A DNA stretch of 20,000 nt from an uncultured virus (IMG/VR IMGVR_UViG_3300007539_010416). Taxonomy: Duplodnaviria; Heunggongvirae; Uroviricota; Caudoviricetes. The notes beneath the pieces were generated by a model. It was given only the letters and a program-made list of their open reading frames with translations, did not search any database and was not told the origin of the DNA. Shown one piece after another: positions 1 to 8,180 of the stretch (its first letter is position 1; each line of letters opens with the position of its first letter). The DNA is taken from IMG/VR virus record IMGVR_UViG_3300007539_010416; one strand, given 5' to 3'. A program made the translations under genes and the position numbers.

Positions 1-215
1 AGAGTTACATCTTCTCTATTGGGTGTTTTTGTACCAGATACAAATAAGAAAACATCTGTACCTACATCGCTTAACATGCTTGCAGGAATTCCACCCTCTT
101 TATTGGTTGCGACTGAGCCACTATAAATTATGCCGCCTACGCCCTGAGAACCAATACCGCCAGAAAGAATAATCTTGGTTGTTTCTATTTGTGTTGCTCT
201 AAAATCTTTTGCCAT
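1..215 (-). CDS. N-terminal part of a hypothetical (possibly virion/tail-associated) protein, runs off the left edge
   Basis: Not in the ORF track. ATG at 215 lies just after the stop of 226..462. Open frame MAKDFRATQIETTKIILSGGIGSQGVGGIIYSGSVATNKEGGIPASMLSDVGTDVFLFVSGTK... to the window edge; Gly/Ser-rich beta-strand character. Confidence 0.7.
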   Translation of the reverse strand, partial: MAKDFRATQIETTKIILSGGIGSQGVGGIIYSGSVATNKEGGIPASMLSDVGTDVFLFVSGTKTPNREDVT

Positions 216-225
216 AATAAAATCT

Positions 226-462
226 CTAAATTGTTGCCGGTCTTATTATATATGTCACTCTTCCTGTGAATATTGCAGAAAAATTCAATCTTGCAGTTGA
301 AGATGTAATATTAGAAGCAAATACGTTTACATCACCATTTGTGGATGCAGAGACAACAGGAGGAGAAGAAAAACCTGCAGATGAAAAATCAATATCAACA
401 TAATCAACACCAGACACATTGTCAGTACATGTGAATATTGTGAGATAAGGAATAGCGCTCAT
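226..462 (-). CDS. Small beta-rich protein, H-type-lectin/tail-fibre C-terminal-like domain; paralog of 462..809
   Basis: F(S)SPPVVSAST..VNVFASNITSSTARLNFSAIFTGRVTYII pattern; 1-nt stop/start overlap with the upstream gene. Confidence 0.55.
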   Translation of the reverse strand: MSAIPYLTIFTCTDNVSGVDYVDIDFSSAGFSSPPVVSASTNGDVNVFASNITSSTARLNFSAIFTGRVTYIIRPATI

Positions 463-809
463 CAGTCTTGACCTACGATAATAAAGTGCACCCTGCCTGT
501 AAAAGGTGCACTAACAGAAATATTAAGTGCAGTTGTTGTTATAGAGGTTATATACGCATTTACATTTGCCTGATTGTTACTTTCTGAATCTACTGAAGTT
601 ACTGTTACTACAGGTACGTTAGTAAAAGAAACTGTCGAAGGATATGTATAAGTCTCAGGCCCGTCAGAATTTATAAAGTCTACATACCCAGCTATCATTT
701 CAAATTCTTCATTTGCACAATATTCGTAAACAGGCTTCTTTCTGATGTACCTGTATACCTTTCGATATCTGTTTTTATCTTTTCTAGTAAACTTATATAC
801 TTTTGACAT
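462..809 (-). CDS. Small protein with basic/aromatic N-terminus and H-type-lectin/tail-fibre-like C-terminal domain
   Basis: FTNVPVVTVTS..NVNAYITSITTTALNISVSAPFTGRVHFII aligns by eye with 226..462; N-terminus KFTRKDKNRYRKVYRYIRKKP. Confidence 0.55.
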   Translation of the reverse strand: MSKVYKFTRKDKNRYRKVYRYIRKKPVYEYCANEEFEMIAGYVDFINSDGPETYTYPSTVSFTNVPVVTVTSVDSESNNQANVNAYITSITTTALNISVSAPFTGRVHFIIVGQD

Positions 810-819
810 ATCCTAAACC

Positions 820-2163
820 TTAAATGAGTTTTGCTGCTACTGCTGATAAATATGATCTTTCTCCCTTTTTTAGCTTGATATGTGCAGCAACTTTCTCATT
901 TTTAAATTTTTCAGCAACAATTGTAAGACCATTAGACAAAGAATCTATGTATGGAGTATCAATTTGATCTGTGTCACCCAACAAGACAATCTTTGAATTT
1001 TCACCAATTCTTGTTATGACTGTCTTAATTTCGTGAATTGTGGCATTTTGTGCCTCATCAAAAATCAAGAATGTGTCGCTAAATGTTCTGCCTCTCATAT
1101 AGGAAAGTGGAGCAATTTCAATCTTTCCTTTCTCCATCATCATCTCAAAATAAGTAAGATCCTTATCTTTGAAGGCATGCCTAAAGTTGTCCATAATAGG
1201 TGACATCCAAGGCGTCATCTTTTCTTTTAAGTCACCTGGCAAGAATCCAATATCTTTACCTACAGGCTGCACGTTTCTTGTTATAACAATCCTGTCATAT
1301 TTTCCCTCATTAAGACCATGAACAGCTGTCATTAAAGTAATGAAAGTCTTTCCTGATCCTGCCAGCCCAGTGATTGTTACTAAATCTATCTTTTCATCTA
1401 CTAGCGCATTTAAAGCGTATAGTTGCTCTCTGTTTCTAGAAGAAAAAGAATAAACAGACTTAAAGTCTTTTTCATTTTTAAGCTTGTGAATCCTGCCTTG
1501 CTTATAAACGCCTAAGAAAGAAGATCTATCGTGTCTAATGCATAAAAATTCATTTTCATGAAATTCTCTTTCAATATAGTCACTAACGTCTTCACAAAGT
1601 TCTTTTATTTCATCTTCAGTTAGATTTTCATTGTAAAGCATATCGATTATTTCTTTTGAGTCTACTTCAATATCCAAGTAACCCTTGTACATTTCATCAT
1701 CAGACTCTAGGACTCTATCTCTGTAATAATCTTCTGCTTTTATACCTAAAGCATCACATTTTACTCTAAAGTTGATGTCTTTTGTGACAACAACTGTCTT
1801 TCTGTCAGGATTATTCTTTTTTGTATATAGAGCACAAGCAATTATCTGATTATCAGCACTTGACTTTTCTAAAAACTGTGGTATTTTATCAAATCCATTT
1901 AGTTCTACTCTTATTGTCTGATCATTGTTACGTATCTTGACTCCTTCATGAAGATTACCTTCTTCTCTTAAATCATCAAGATATCTGTTTACATATCTTG
2001 CTGCTTCTCCAACAACACCTGTCTTGTCTTTGAATCTATCTAGCTCATCTAATACTACAATTGGTATAACAACATCATTCTCAGGAAAGGAATGGATTGA
2101 TGCTTTATCATAAAGTAAAACATTAGTATCTATCACAAAAAGCTTTCTAGTGTTTTCTGACAT
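820..2163 (-). CDS. phoH: PIN-PhoH (PhoH2/YlaK-type) protein: PIN RNase domain plus PhoH ATPase
   Basis: PIN motifs FVIDTNVLL, VLDELD, SADNQII, VTKDINFR. PhoH motifs: Walker A GLAGSGKT, IGFLPGDLKEKM, YMRGRTF, DEAQN, GDTDQID. AGGAG RBS upstream. Confidence 0.95.
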   Translation of the reverse strand: MSENTRKLFVIDTNVLLYDKASIHSFPENDVVIPIVVLDELDRFKDKTGVVGEAARYVNRYLDDLREEGNLHEGVKIRNNDQTIRVELNGFDKIPQFLEKSSADNQIIACALYTKKNNPDRKTVVVTKDINFRVKCDALGIKAEDYYRDRVLESDDEMYKGYLDIEVDSKEIIDMLYNENLTEDEIKELCEDVSDYIEREFHENEFLCIRHDRSSFLGVYKQGRIHKLKNEKDFKSVYSFSSRNREQLYALNALVDEKIDLVTITGLAGSGKTFITLMTAVHGLNEGKYDRIVITRNVQPVGKDIGFLPGDLKEKMTPWMSPIMDNFRHAFKDKDLTYFEMMMEKGKIEIAPLSYMRGRTFSDTFLIFDEAQNATIHEIKTVITRIGENSKIVLLGDTDQIDTPYIDSLSNGLTIVAEKFKNEKVAAHIKLKKGERSYLSAVAAKLI

Positions 2164-2174
2164 TTTTCTCCTAG

Positions 2175-2203
2175 TTGTTCTTTACAGAACTTGTGTTTAT
2201 AAT
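2175..2203 (+). promoter_or_regulatory. Possible sigma70-type promoter for 2231..2461
   Basis: TTGTTC (2175-2180), 17-nt spacer, TATAAT (2198-2203); AGGAG RBS before ATG 2231. Confidence 0.4.
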
Positions 2204-2230
2204 ACTAAATATCATGCTTAGGAGTAAAAT

Positions 2231-2461
2231 ATGAAATGCTTTGATTATCACAATAAGACAAAAAAGAGTTGTGAAAAAATTAACTGTAGATACTGGATAG
2301 AATGCAAAGATGCACAAATGTGTTGTATAAATTTATGCAAAAATAGTTCTAATCTTACATTAGAAGATGTAGGAAAAATATTTGGGGTTACAAGAATGAG
2401 AATATGTCAGATTGAAAAAGCTGCTATAAAGAAGCTTAACTCTGTAAAGAATAAAATTTAA
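2231..2461 (+). CDS. Stand-alone sigma70 region-4 HTH protein with Cys-rich N-terminus
   Basis: LTLEDVGKIFGVTRMRICQIEKAAIKKL matches sigma70 region 4.2 (TLEEVG..F.VTRERIRQIE.KAL.KL); 7 Cys and a His in the first 36 aa. Confidence 0.85.
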   Translation: MKCFDYHNKTKKSCEKINCRYWIECKDAQMCCINLCKNSSNLTLEDVGKIFGVTRMRICQIEKAAIKKLNSVKNKI

Positions 2462-2484
2462 AAATCTTTCTACGAAAATGAGGG

Positions 2485-2510
2485 AGCCCGGTGGATTTCT
2501 CCACCGGGCT
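2485..2510. terminator. GC-rich hairpin between convergent genes, probable bidirectional intrinsic terminator
   Basis: Perfect 11-bp stem AGCCCGGTGGA/TCCACCGGGCT with a 4-nt loop (GAAA on the minus strand); T-rich TTCTATT after it on +. Confidence 0.8.
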
Positions 2511-2540
2511 TTCTATTACTTAAAGACCATTATTATTTGT

Positions 2541-2723
2541 TTATTTATTTAATTCAATTGATTCTCTAACGAGATCGCTCGCTAACTTTTTAGCGTCTCT
2601 GAGTCCTCTTCTAACTCTTAGACCTGCTGACTTATTTCCACCTGAATGTTTTACTACATCATTTCTTAGAGACTCTACTAGAGTCAAAAGTTCTTCAAAT
2701 CTTTCAATTAAAGTTTCATTCAT
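2541..2723 (-). CDS. Histone H1-like (Hc1-family) nucleoid protein
   Basis: Signature GNKSAGLRVRRGL (family pattern GNK[AS]AG.R.RK) in a 60-aa helical hairpin; AAGGAG RBS. Confidence 0.8.
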   Translation of the reverse strand: MNETLIERFEELLTLVESLRNDVVKHSGGNKSAGLRVRRGLRDAKKLASDLVRESIELNK

Positions 2724-2733
2724 AATATTCTCC

Positions 2734-2982
2734 TTAGACTATGAGTTTTCTCTTTGATTTATTATTATTATCTTCTTCTTCATCATTGTTAAACTTTTCT
2801 ATAAAAATTTTCAATACAGTAGTTATATCTTTCATAGCTGTATTGCTTTCTAAAGTCATTGCAATATTAAACATGATATCAATTTTTTGATCTTCTGTTA
2901 TACCAAAATCAATTATTTTTTTTGCAATCTCTCTAGCTTCTTGTTTTCTTTTAGCTAGTTTTATACTTTTAATATCAGACAT
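2734..2982 (-). CDS. Hypothetical helical protein
   Basis: 82-aa ORF overlapping the upstream stop, co-oriented in the operon. Confidence 0.7.
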   Translation of the reverse strand: MSDIKSIKLAKRKQEAREIAKKIIDFGITEDQKIDIMFNIAMTLESNTAMKDITTVLKIFIEKFNNDEEEDNNNKSKRKLIV

Positions 2983-3451
2983 TTTTACCTACTAAGATTG
3001 TATTAATTTCTTTATTGAGTATTTTAATCTTATTTTCGCCGTCTATTTGTAAGATTTTAATATTTTCTATTTCACCCACAATAGATCTTTTAACAACTAT
3101 GGTCTCTCCCCACCTTTCATTTTCAATAATATCTAAAGCGTGTTCAAAATCTGCAATATCTGATCTATTTGTTGTCAAAACAGAATTAATTCTGTCAGGA
3201 AGCATCATCATAATATCTTCTATTGTCAATATTGAAGCTATGTCTTCTTTTCCTGGACGAAGTTCAGATTTACAAGCATCATAAACATAATGTAAAGATT
3301 CACAATTATTACATTTTGCTAGTTTTGGTACAATGTTATTATTTTCATCAAATTTTGAATATACTGGAAACTTATGATTAATTTTGTTTTCAGATTTATC
3401 AAATATCTTAAGAAAACAATGACATTCTATTAGATGCTTTATTCCTTGCAT
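2975..3451 (-). CDS. Hypothetical protein with probable Zn-binding N-terminal domain
   Basis: HLIECHC ... KCNNC..LH...DAC; packed into the operon with a 2-nt gap. Confidence 0.7.
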   Translation of the reverse strand: MQGIKHLIECHCFLKIFDKSENKINHKFPVYSKFDENNNIVPKLAKCNNCESLHYVYDACKSELRPGKEDIASILTIEDIMMMLPDRINSVLTTNRSDIADFEHALDIIENERWGETIVVKRSIVGEIENIKILQIDGENKIKILNKEINTILVGKNV

Positions 3452-3453
3452 TA

Positions 3454-3657
3454 TCAGTCAATTGTATTAATAATCTGATTCATTGAACGGTTGTAAGAAT
3501 CCTGGACTGAAGTTTCAACTAAGTTTACTAAACTTCTAAGCTGTTCATCATTCAAGTTGAAGTTATTTCTATTTTCAGCGATCTGACTCTGCAGACGTTC
3601 TATCATGAACCTAACAGTTTGTGTAACAGTTCCCATTACTTTTGCTTGATTTGCCAT
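3454..3657 (-). CDS. Hypothetical small helical protein
   Basis: Track start is GTG 3663; ATG 3657 preceded by AGGAG (3663-3667) is the more likely start. Confidence 0.65.
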   Translation of the reverse strand: MANQAKVMGTVTQTVRFMIERLQSQIAENRNNFNLNDEQLRSLVNLVETSVQDSYNRSMNQIINTID

Positions 3658-3659
3658 TT

Positions 3660-4910
3660 TCACTCCTTGCCTATTAGCATTTTATCTATATTATAGAATA
3701 TTTCTTTTGTTGTGTTAACTTTTTTTAAAACGTATTGATAAATCTCACAAGGTATCATAAGATTTCTTTTGTCAACTGTGATAAGATAATATGGTTTTTT
3801 AGAAGTATTTATCATTCTAAGAAGATAGTCTATCTCTCTGTTAAACTTTACGTCATTTTTAATTTGTTCAGGAAGATAAATTTTTAAAGACTTAGAATTC
3901 ATATTTTTAATTCTTGTTCTTATTATTTCTGTATTTGCATCAGGAGGAGATTCTTCTATTCTCTTTTCAAGATACTTAATATGTCCTTTTATTTCTTGAC
4001 TAGACGCTAAAGATTCTATACTAAATCCTTTCCTGTTGAAAGAAATACTTTTACCTATCTTAAGCTCTTTTCTCATTTCTTGAGAAATTGTCTGTCCTTT
4101 CATAGAAGAAATAATATCTGATTTATGTAAAAGTGCAATATCATTTAAGATATTAATTGTATCTTCACTTATAGACATTGACACAGGAAATATCTGAGTG
4201 ATTCTTTTTGCATTGTTCTGGATGATTACTTGCTTTACTTCGTCAGACATTCCGAAACAAAAAAGAACATGGGGCTCTTTGTTTTGAGCAGCAAAATGAA
4301 GCATATGGTGAATTTCACTAACAGACTCTATATAACCGTCGATAATAGCAAATCGATAATGCTTCATTTCTAAAGAATTTTTGGTTCCTAAAAATGAACA
4401 ATCATAGTCTACTTTGAAAAAGATGTCATCTTCTTTTTTGATTGTTATCCATTCATTATAAGAGTTTTCTAATTCTATTATTCTTTCTGTAGAAGAGTTT
4501 TCAACTATCCATCTAAATACATTTTTTGCATTTTCGTCTCTGCAGGTAGATATAAATTTATCGTACGTATTTTCTAAAAACAAATTTACTTTTTTATTCA
4601 TTAAAATTTGTTTTTCAAAAAACAAATTGAGAAAAGCTTCGCCTAGATAAGGATAAAGTTTCTCACAATTATCAAACTCTCGTTTTAAAATAGACTTAAG
4701 TTGGTAATCTGGCATGAATTCTTTTTTACTAAAGAATTCGTTAAGATAGTTGAGTGAAGAATTATCTACTATCTTTTTACTACTATAAATAGTTGAACTA
4801 TTTCTCTGATAGTTGTCGAAAGACTCTTTTTCTTCTTTTAAGAATCTTTCGACATGATTTCTATCAAATATCTCTATTTTATGAATCTCGCCACAAGTTG
4901 TTTGATGCAT
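3660..4910 (-). CDS. Degenerate GroEL/chaperonin-like protein (apical domain recognisable, no GDGTTT)
   Basis: LEMKHYRFAIIDGYIESVSEIHHMLHFAAQNKEPHVLFCFGMSDEV...ILNDIALLHKSDIISSMKG...EIKGHIKYLEKRIEE...EIIRTRIKNM aligns by eye with GroEL [46 protein letters not shown]...MLQDIATLTGGTVISEEIG...AIQGRVAQIRQQIEE...EKLQERVAKL. Confidence 0.75.
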   Translation of the reverse strand: MHQTTCGEIHKIEIFDRNHVERFLKEEKESFDNYQRNSSTIYSSKKIVDNSSLNYLNEFFSKKEFMPDYQLKSILKREFDNCEKLYPYLGEAFLNLFFEKQILMNKKVNLFLENTYDKFISTCRDENAKNVFRWIVENSSTERIIELENSYNEWITIKKEDDIFFKVDYDCSFLGTKNSLEMKHYRFAIIDGYIESVSEIHHMLHFAAQNKEPHVLFCFGMSDEVKQVIIQNNAKRITQIFPVSMSISEDTINILNDIALLHKSDIISSMKGQTISQEMRKELKIGKSISFNRKGFSIESLASSQEIKGHIKYLEKRIEESPPDANTEIIRTRIKNMNSKSLKIYLPEQIKNDVKFNREIDYLLRMINTSKKPYYLITVDKRNLMIPCEIYQYVLKKVNTTKEIFYNIDKMLIGKE

Positions 4911-6813
4911 ATGTTAAGATTTCCTCAGCAGAATGTTCATTATAACCATACTCATCAATTAGCGTTTGTACCATATCTGAGTGCTTCTTTTTCTGCTCAT
5001 CGTCTCTTGTCTTAGACTGTGTTACGATTCTTGCGATATCCTTAACTGAATTGATTAAGTATTGCTCAACTGCTTCTTTAAGCGGTCCGTAAGACTTGTA
5101 GTTAACCTTTTCACCACGACGGAGACGGCTAAACATGAAGGCAGTTACATCAGATCTAAATCCATCTCTAGCAGACCCTACGACTCCAATCATTTCTTCA
5201 ATGGACCGCATAAATCTTTCATCAGGTTCAGTTTCTTCTCTTGTGATCTTGTTCTTTACCTTAGACTTTGTAGTGAAAGCTTCAGCATTGTCCATGTAAG
5301 AATCAAATAAACTCTGTGCTTGCTCATCATAAGCTGTCACAAACGCCTTTGCGATTTCATTTTCAAGAATCTTGAGGTATTCTTCTCTGATCGTACTTTG
5401 AATAATCTCTAAGAATCGTTCTTTCTTGTCATTGTCAATAATCTGCTCATTGACTTGACGAATTAAAGAATCCATAACGTTAATGGGTGTAATCATTTGT
5501 GTATCTGAATCTGAAAGTGCAGCATCTAGTGACTTCATGATAAATCTTGTGGAAATACCTTCCATTCCTTCATGAACTGCCTCTGCTTTTAGATCCTTAA
5601 TGTCAACCTTTTTAACACGACCCTTTTCAATGATATTTTCACCGTTATAGATCTTCATCTTAGTAAGAAGATCACACTTGTTTGAAGGTGTTAAACGACT
5701 CATGACTGAGAACATTGAAGCTATCTTTATAGCATGAGGAGCGATATGTGCACCACGAAAGTCAGATCGATTAATCATTTTTTCGTAAATCTTCTGCTCT
5801 TGATCAAGTTCTAGAACATAAGGGACTTCAATCTTTAGAACACGGTCAAGAATAGCTTCGTTAGTGTGTTCTCCCTTGAACCGGTTCCACTCAGACTCGT
5901 TACAATGAGAAAGAATAACTCCGTCGAAGTAGATCATATCGTTCTTGCCAGGAGAAGGAACTCTCTTTTCCTGTGTCGCTGTCAACATGGTGTGCAAGAA
6001 TTCGATTTCGTTCTTGAATACCTCAACAAACTCAACAATTCCGCGGTTTCCAACATTAAAAGCTCCATTTAGTGACAAAACACGAGGATCGTCTTCTGAG
6101 TACTTATCAAGCTTAGAAATGTCTTCAGTTCCGACTAGAAGGCTTACATCTTGTGAGTTTGCATCCATTGGCGGAACAACCGAGATTCCGCGACGGCCGC
6201 GTTGTGAGAATGAGCTCTCAACAACAGGAAATTTCTCATATTCTCCGTTAAACTCTTCCATTAGTCTGTGACGACAAATTGGACAGAGATCACCTTCAAT
6301 ATGAACTCCAAGCATCTCTTCAAATTGTGGTCTGAGACTTCTTGGAAGTAAGTGAAGTGGTTCTTCTCTTATTGGGCAGCCCTCGAGGTGATAATGATTA
6401 TCTGCTTTTTCTAGGGCACGCTTAACAGAATCAATTAGAGCTGACTTACCTGCTCCGACTGGACCCATTAAGAGAAGAACCTGTCTGCTTTCTTCACCTT
6501 TGTGTGCAGCAGACTTTAAAAATCTTAAAAGCTTATTAATGACTGATTCCATTCCGTAGAATTCTGAAGAAAAATAGTTATATATTCTAAGTTTTTCTCC
6601 ATTAAAGATAGGCCTATAACCTTCATTATCAACATCAAGTGTTTCTACACCTTGATTTAGAATAGACTCATAAAGTCTTCTGTGTGCTAGTTTAATGATT
6701 CCTGGATCTTCATTAACTAGGTTTAGGTAGTCTATAAAAGTACCACTAAACTTTTCTGCTTTCTTTTCTTGTCTTTGACTTTTGATTATATCTAAGAAAT
6801 TTTTGCGTGCCAT
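4879..6813 (-). CDS. prkA: PrkA/YeaG-family AAA+ ATPase (annotated as serine protein kinase)
   Basis: 644 aa; AHRRLY, Walker A LMGPVGAGKS, GCPIREEPLHL, SQDVSLLVG, SEDDPR, GNRGIVEFVEVFK, NEAILDR, EGMEGISTRF; AAGGAGG RBS. Confidence 0.95.
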   Translation of the reverse strand: MARKNFLDIIKSQRQEKKAEKFSGTFIDYLNLVNEDPGIIKLAHRRLYESILNQGVETLDVDNEGYRPIFNGEKLRIYNYFSSEFYGMESVINKLLRFLKSAAHKGEESRQVLLLMGPVGAGKSALIDSVKRALEKADNHYHLEGCPIREEPLHLLPRSLRPQFEEMLGVHIEGDLCPICRHRLMEEFNGEYEKFPVVESSFSQRGRRGISVVPPMDANSQDVSLLVGTEDISKLDKYSEDDPRVLSLNGAFNVGNRGIVEFVEVFKNEIEFLHTMLTATQEKRVPSPGKNDMIYFDGVILSHCNESEWNRFKGEHTNEAILDRVLKIEVPYVLELDQEQKIYEKMINRSDFRGAHIAPHAIKIASMFSVMSRLTPSNKCDLLTKMKIYNGENIIEKGRVKKVDIKDLKAEAVHEGMEGISTRFIMKSLDAALSDSDTQMITPINVMDSLIRQVNEQIIDNDKKERFLEIIQSTIREEYLKILENEIAKAFVTAYDEQAQSLFDSYMDNAEAFTTKSKVKNKITREETEPDERFMRSIEEMIGVVGSARDGFRSDVTAFMFSRLRRGEKVNYKSYGPLKEAVEQYLINSVKDIARIVTQSKTRDDEQKKKHSDMVQTLIDEYGYNEHSAEEILTYASNNLWRDS

Positions 6814-6860
6814 ATAATCCTCCTTGCTCTTATCATAATATACTGCAGATCAATGTTTAA

Positions 6861-8180
6861 CTATATTTCCCAAACTTCGTCTTCCAAAATTGTAAACAGT
6901 CTAACATCGTCTTTCCATAGATCTTTAACATGATCAACAACTTTTTCAGCATGCTCTAAGTCTAGATCTCTTCCATCATACTCATGTTTAAGTATGAGAG
7001 ATCCATCTTTTTCAATTCTTTCAACATATATTTGAGGAATACTTCCTACACCAATGCTCTTTAGCATATCTTGCTTAATAACTTTCCAATCTTCATCATC
7101 GGCGACTTCTGATATTTGTATTTCTCCGCCTTTGTTCCTGACATAAGAAAATATATTTAGTTCTCTTATGTCTTCTTCTTCTAAGAATATTCTACATGCT
7201 GATACATCATCATGAATTTCTCTTACTTCAAAGCATGCTTCTAAGCCTAGCTCTCTTTCTATTTTCTGGAAAATGTAAAATCCGATATGATAGGGATTTA
7301 AACCTCCAATATGTGGTCTGACAACTGCATTATGAAGCTTAAGAAAAGGAATGTGAAATTTATCTTCTAAGTTTAGATCATGAAGTATCTTATAGTGCCA
7401 GAAGCTAGCCCAGCCCTCATTTAGAATTTTGGTCTTGATCTGAGGGATGAAGTATAGAGATTCTCTATGCATGATATCTAGGATATCAAGTTGCCAGTCT
7501 TTAAATCTGTTCTTACCGTATTCTTGGAAAAAAGCAAATAGGTCATAATCAGGTCTTAGTAATTTGTTTTCTAATTGACTTTGGTCCAGATTTATACCTA
7601 CATCTTTAAGCTTATTGTATCTTTCTATCTCGGATGCTTTTATTTCTTTTTTAGACTTTCTAGGAATACCGTATCTATTAGTCTGAAATGCAATGGCTTC
7701 TAGATTGTCAATAAATTTTTCTACTTTATCTATTCCTATCTCAGTATTTTCTACGTATCCTTGAATTCTCTTCTTAGCATTTCTCATTCTGGGCACTACG
7801 TTTTTTGGATCTGTGTCTTTAAAGCATCTATTATTTTTAAAGAAGTCACTATGACCTACGCAGTGTGCCATAATTAGAATCTGAAGAAATAGCTCATTCT
7901 GCCGCATTAGATAAGCGATACTTGGGTCGCTATTAATAATAAGTTCATAAGGGAGTCCAGAAGCACCTGCATTGTACATGAAATGTGTTCTTTCAAATGA
8001 CTTACCGTAAGACCAGTGATTAAAGTGAGAAGGCATGCCGTGATAAGACATGTGCCCTATCATCTCGTAATAGTCACATACTTCATAGTCAATAGGAAAC
8101 CAGTCTAGACCGTACCCTTTTGCTACTTCGCATATCTTATCGTCCCATTCTTTTAGTTGACTCAAAGACCAATCAGACAT
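6861..8180 (-). CDS. spoVR: SpoVR/YcgB-family protein
   Basis: GMPSHFNHWSYGK, LPYELIINSDPSIAYL, AHCVGHSDFFKNN, YFIPQIKTKILNEGWASFWH, LNPYHIGF. Start reassigned to ATG 8180 (GGAGGT at 8188-8193). Confidence 0.95.
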   Translation of the reverse strand: MSDWSLSQLKEWDDKICEVAKGYGLDWFPIDYEVCDYYEMIGHMSYHGMPSHFNHWSYGKSFERTHFMYNAGASGLPYELIINSDPSIAYLMRQNELFLQILIMAHCVGHSDFFKNNRCFKDTDPKNVVPRMRNAKKRIQGYVENTEIGIDKVEKFIDNLEAIAFQTNRYGIPRKSKKEIKASEIERYNKLKDVGINLDQSQLENKLLRPDYDLFAFFQEYGKNRFKDWQLDILDIMHRESLYFIPQIKTKILNEGWASFWHYKILHDLNLEDKFHIPFLKLHNAVVRPHIGGLNPYHIGFYIFQKIERELGLEACFEVREIHDDVSACRIFLEEEDIRELNIFSYVRNKGGEIQISEVADDEDWKVIKQDMLKSIGVGSIPQIYVERIEKDGSLILKHEYDGRDLDLEHAEKVVDHVKDLWKDDVRLFTILEDEVWEI

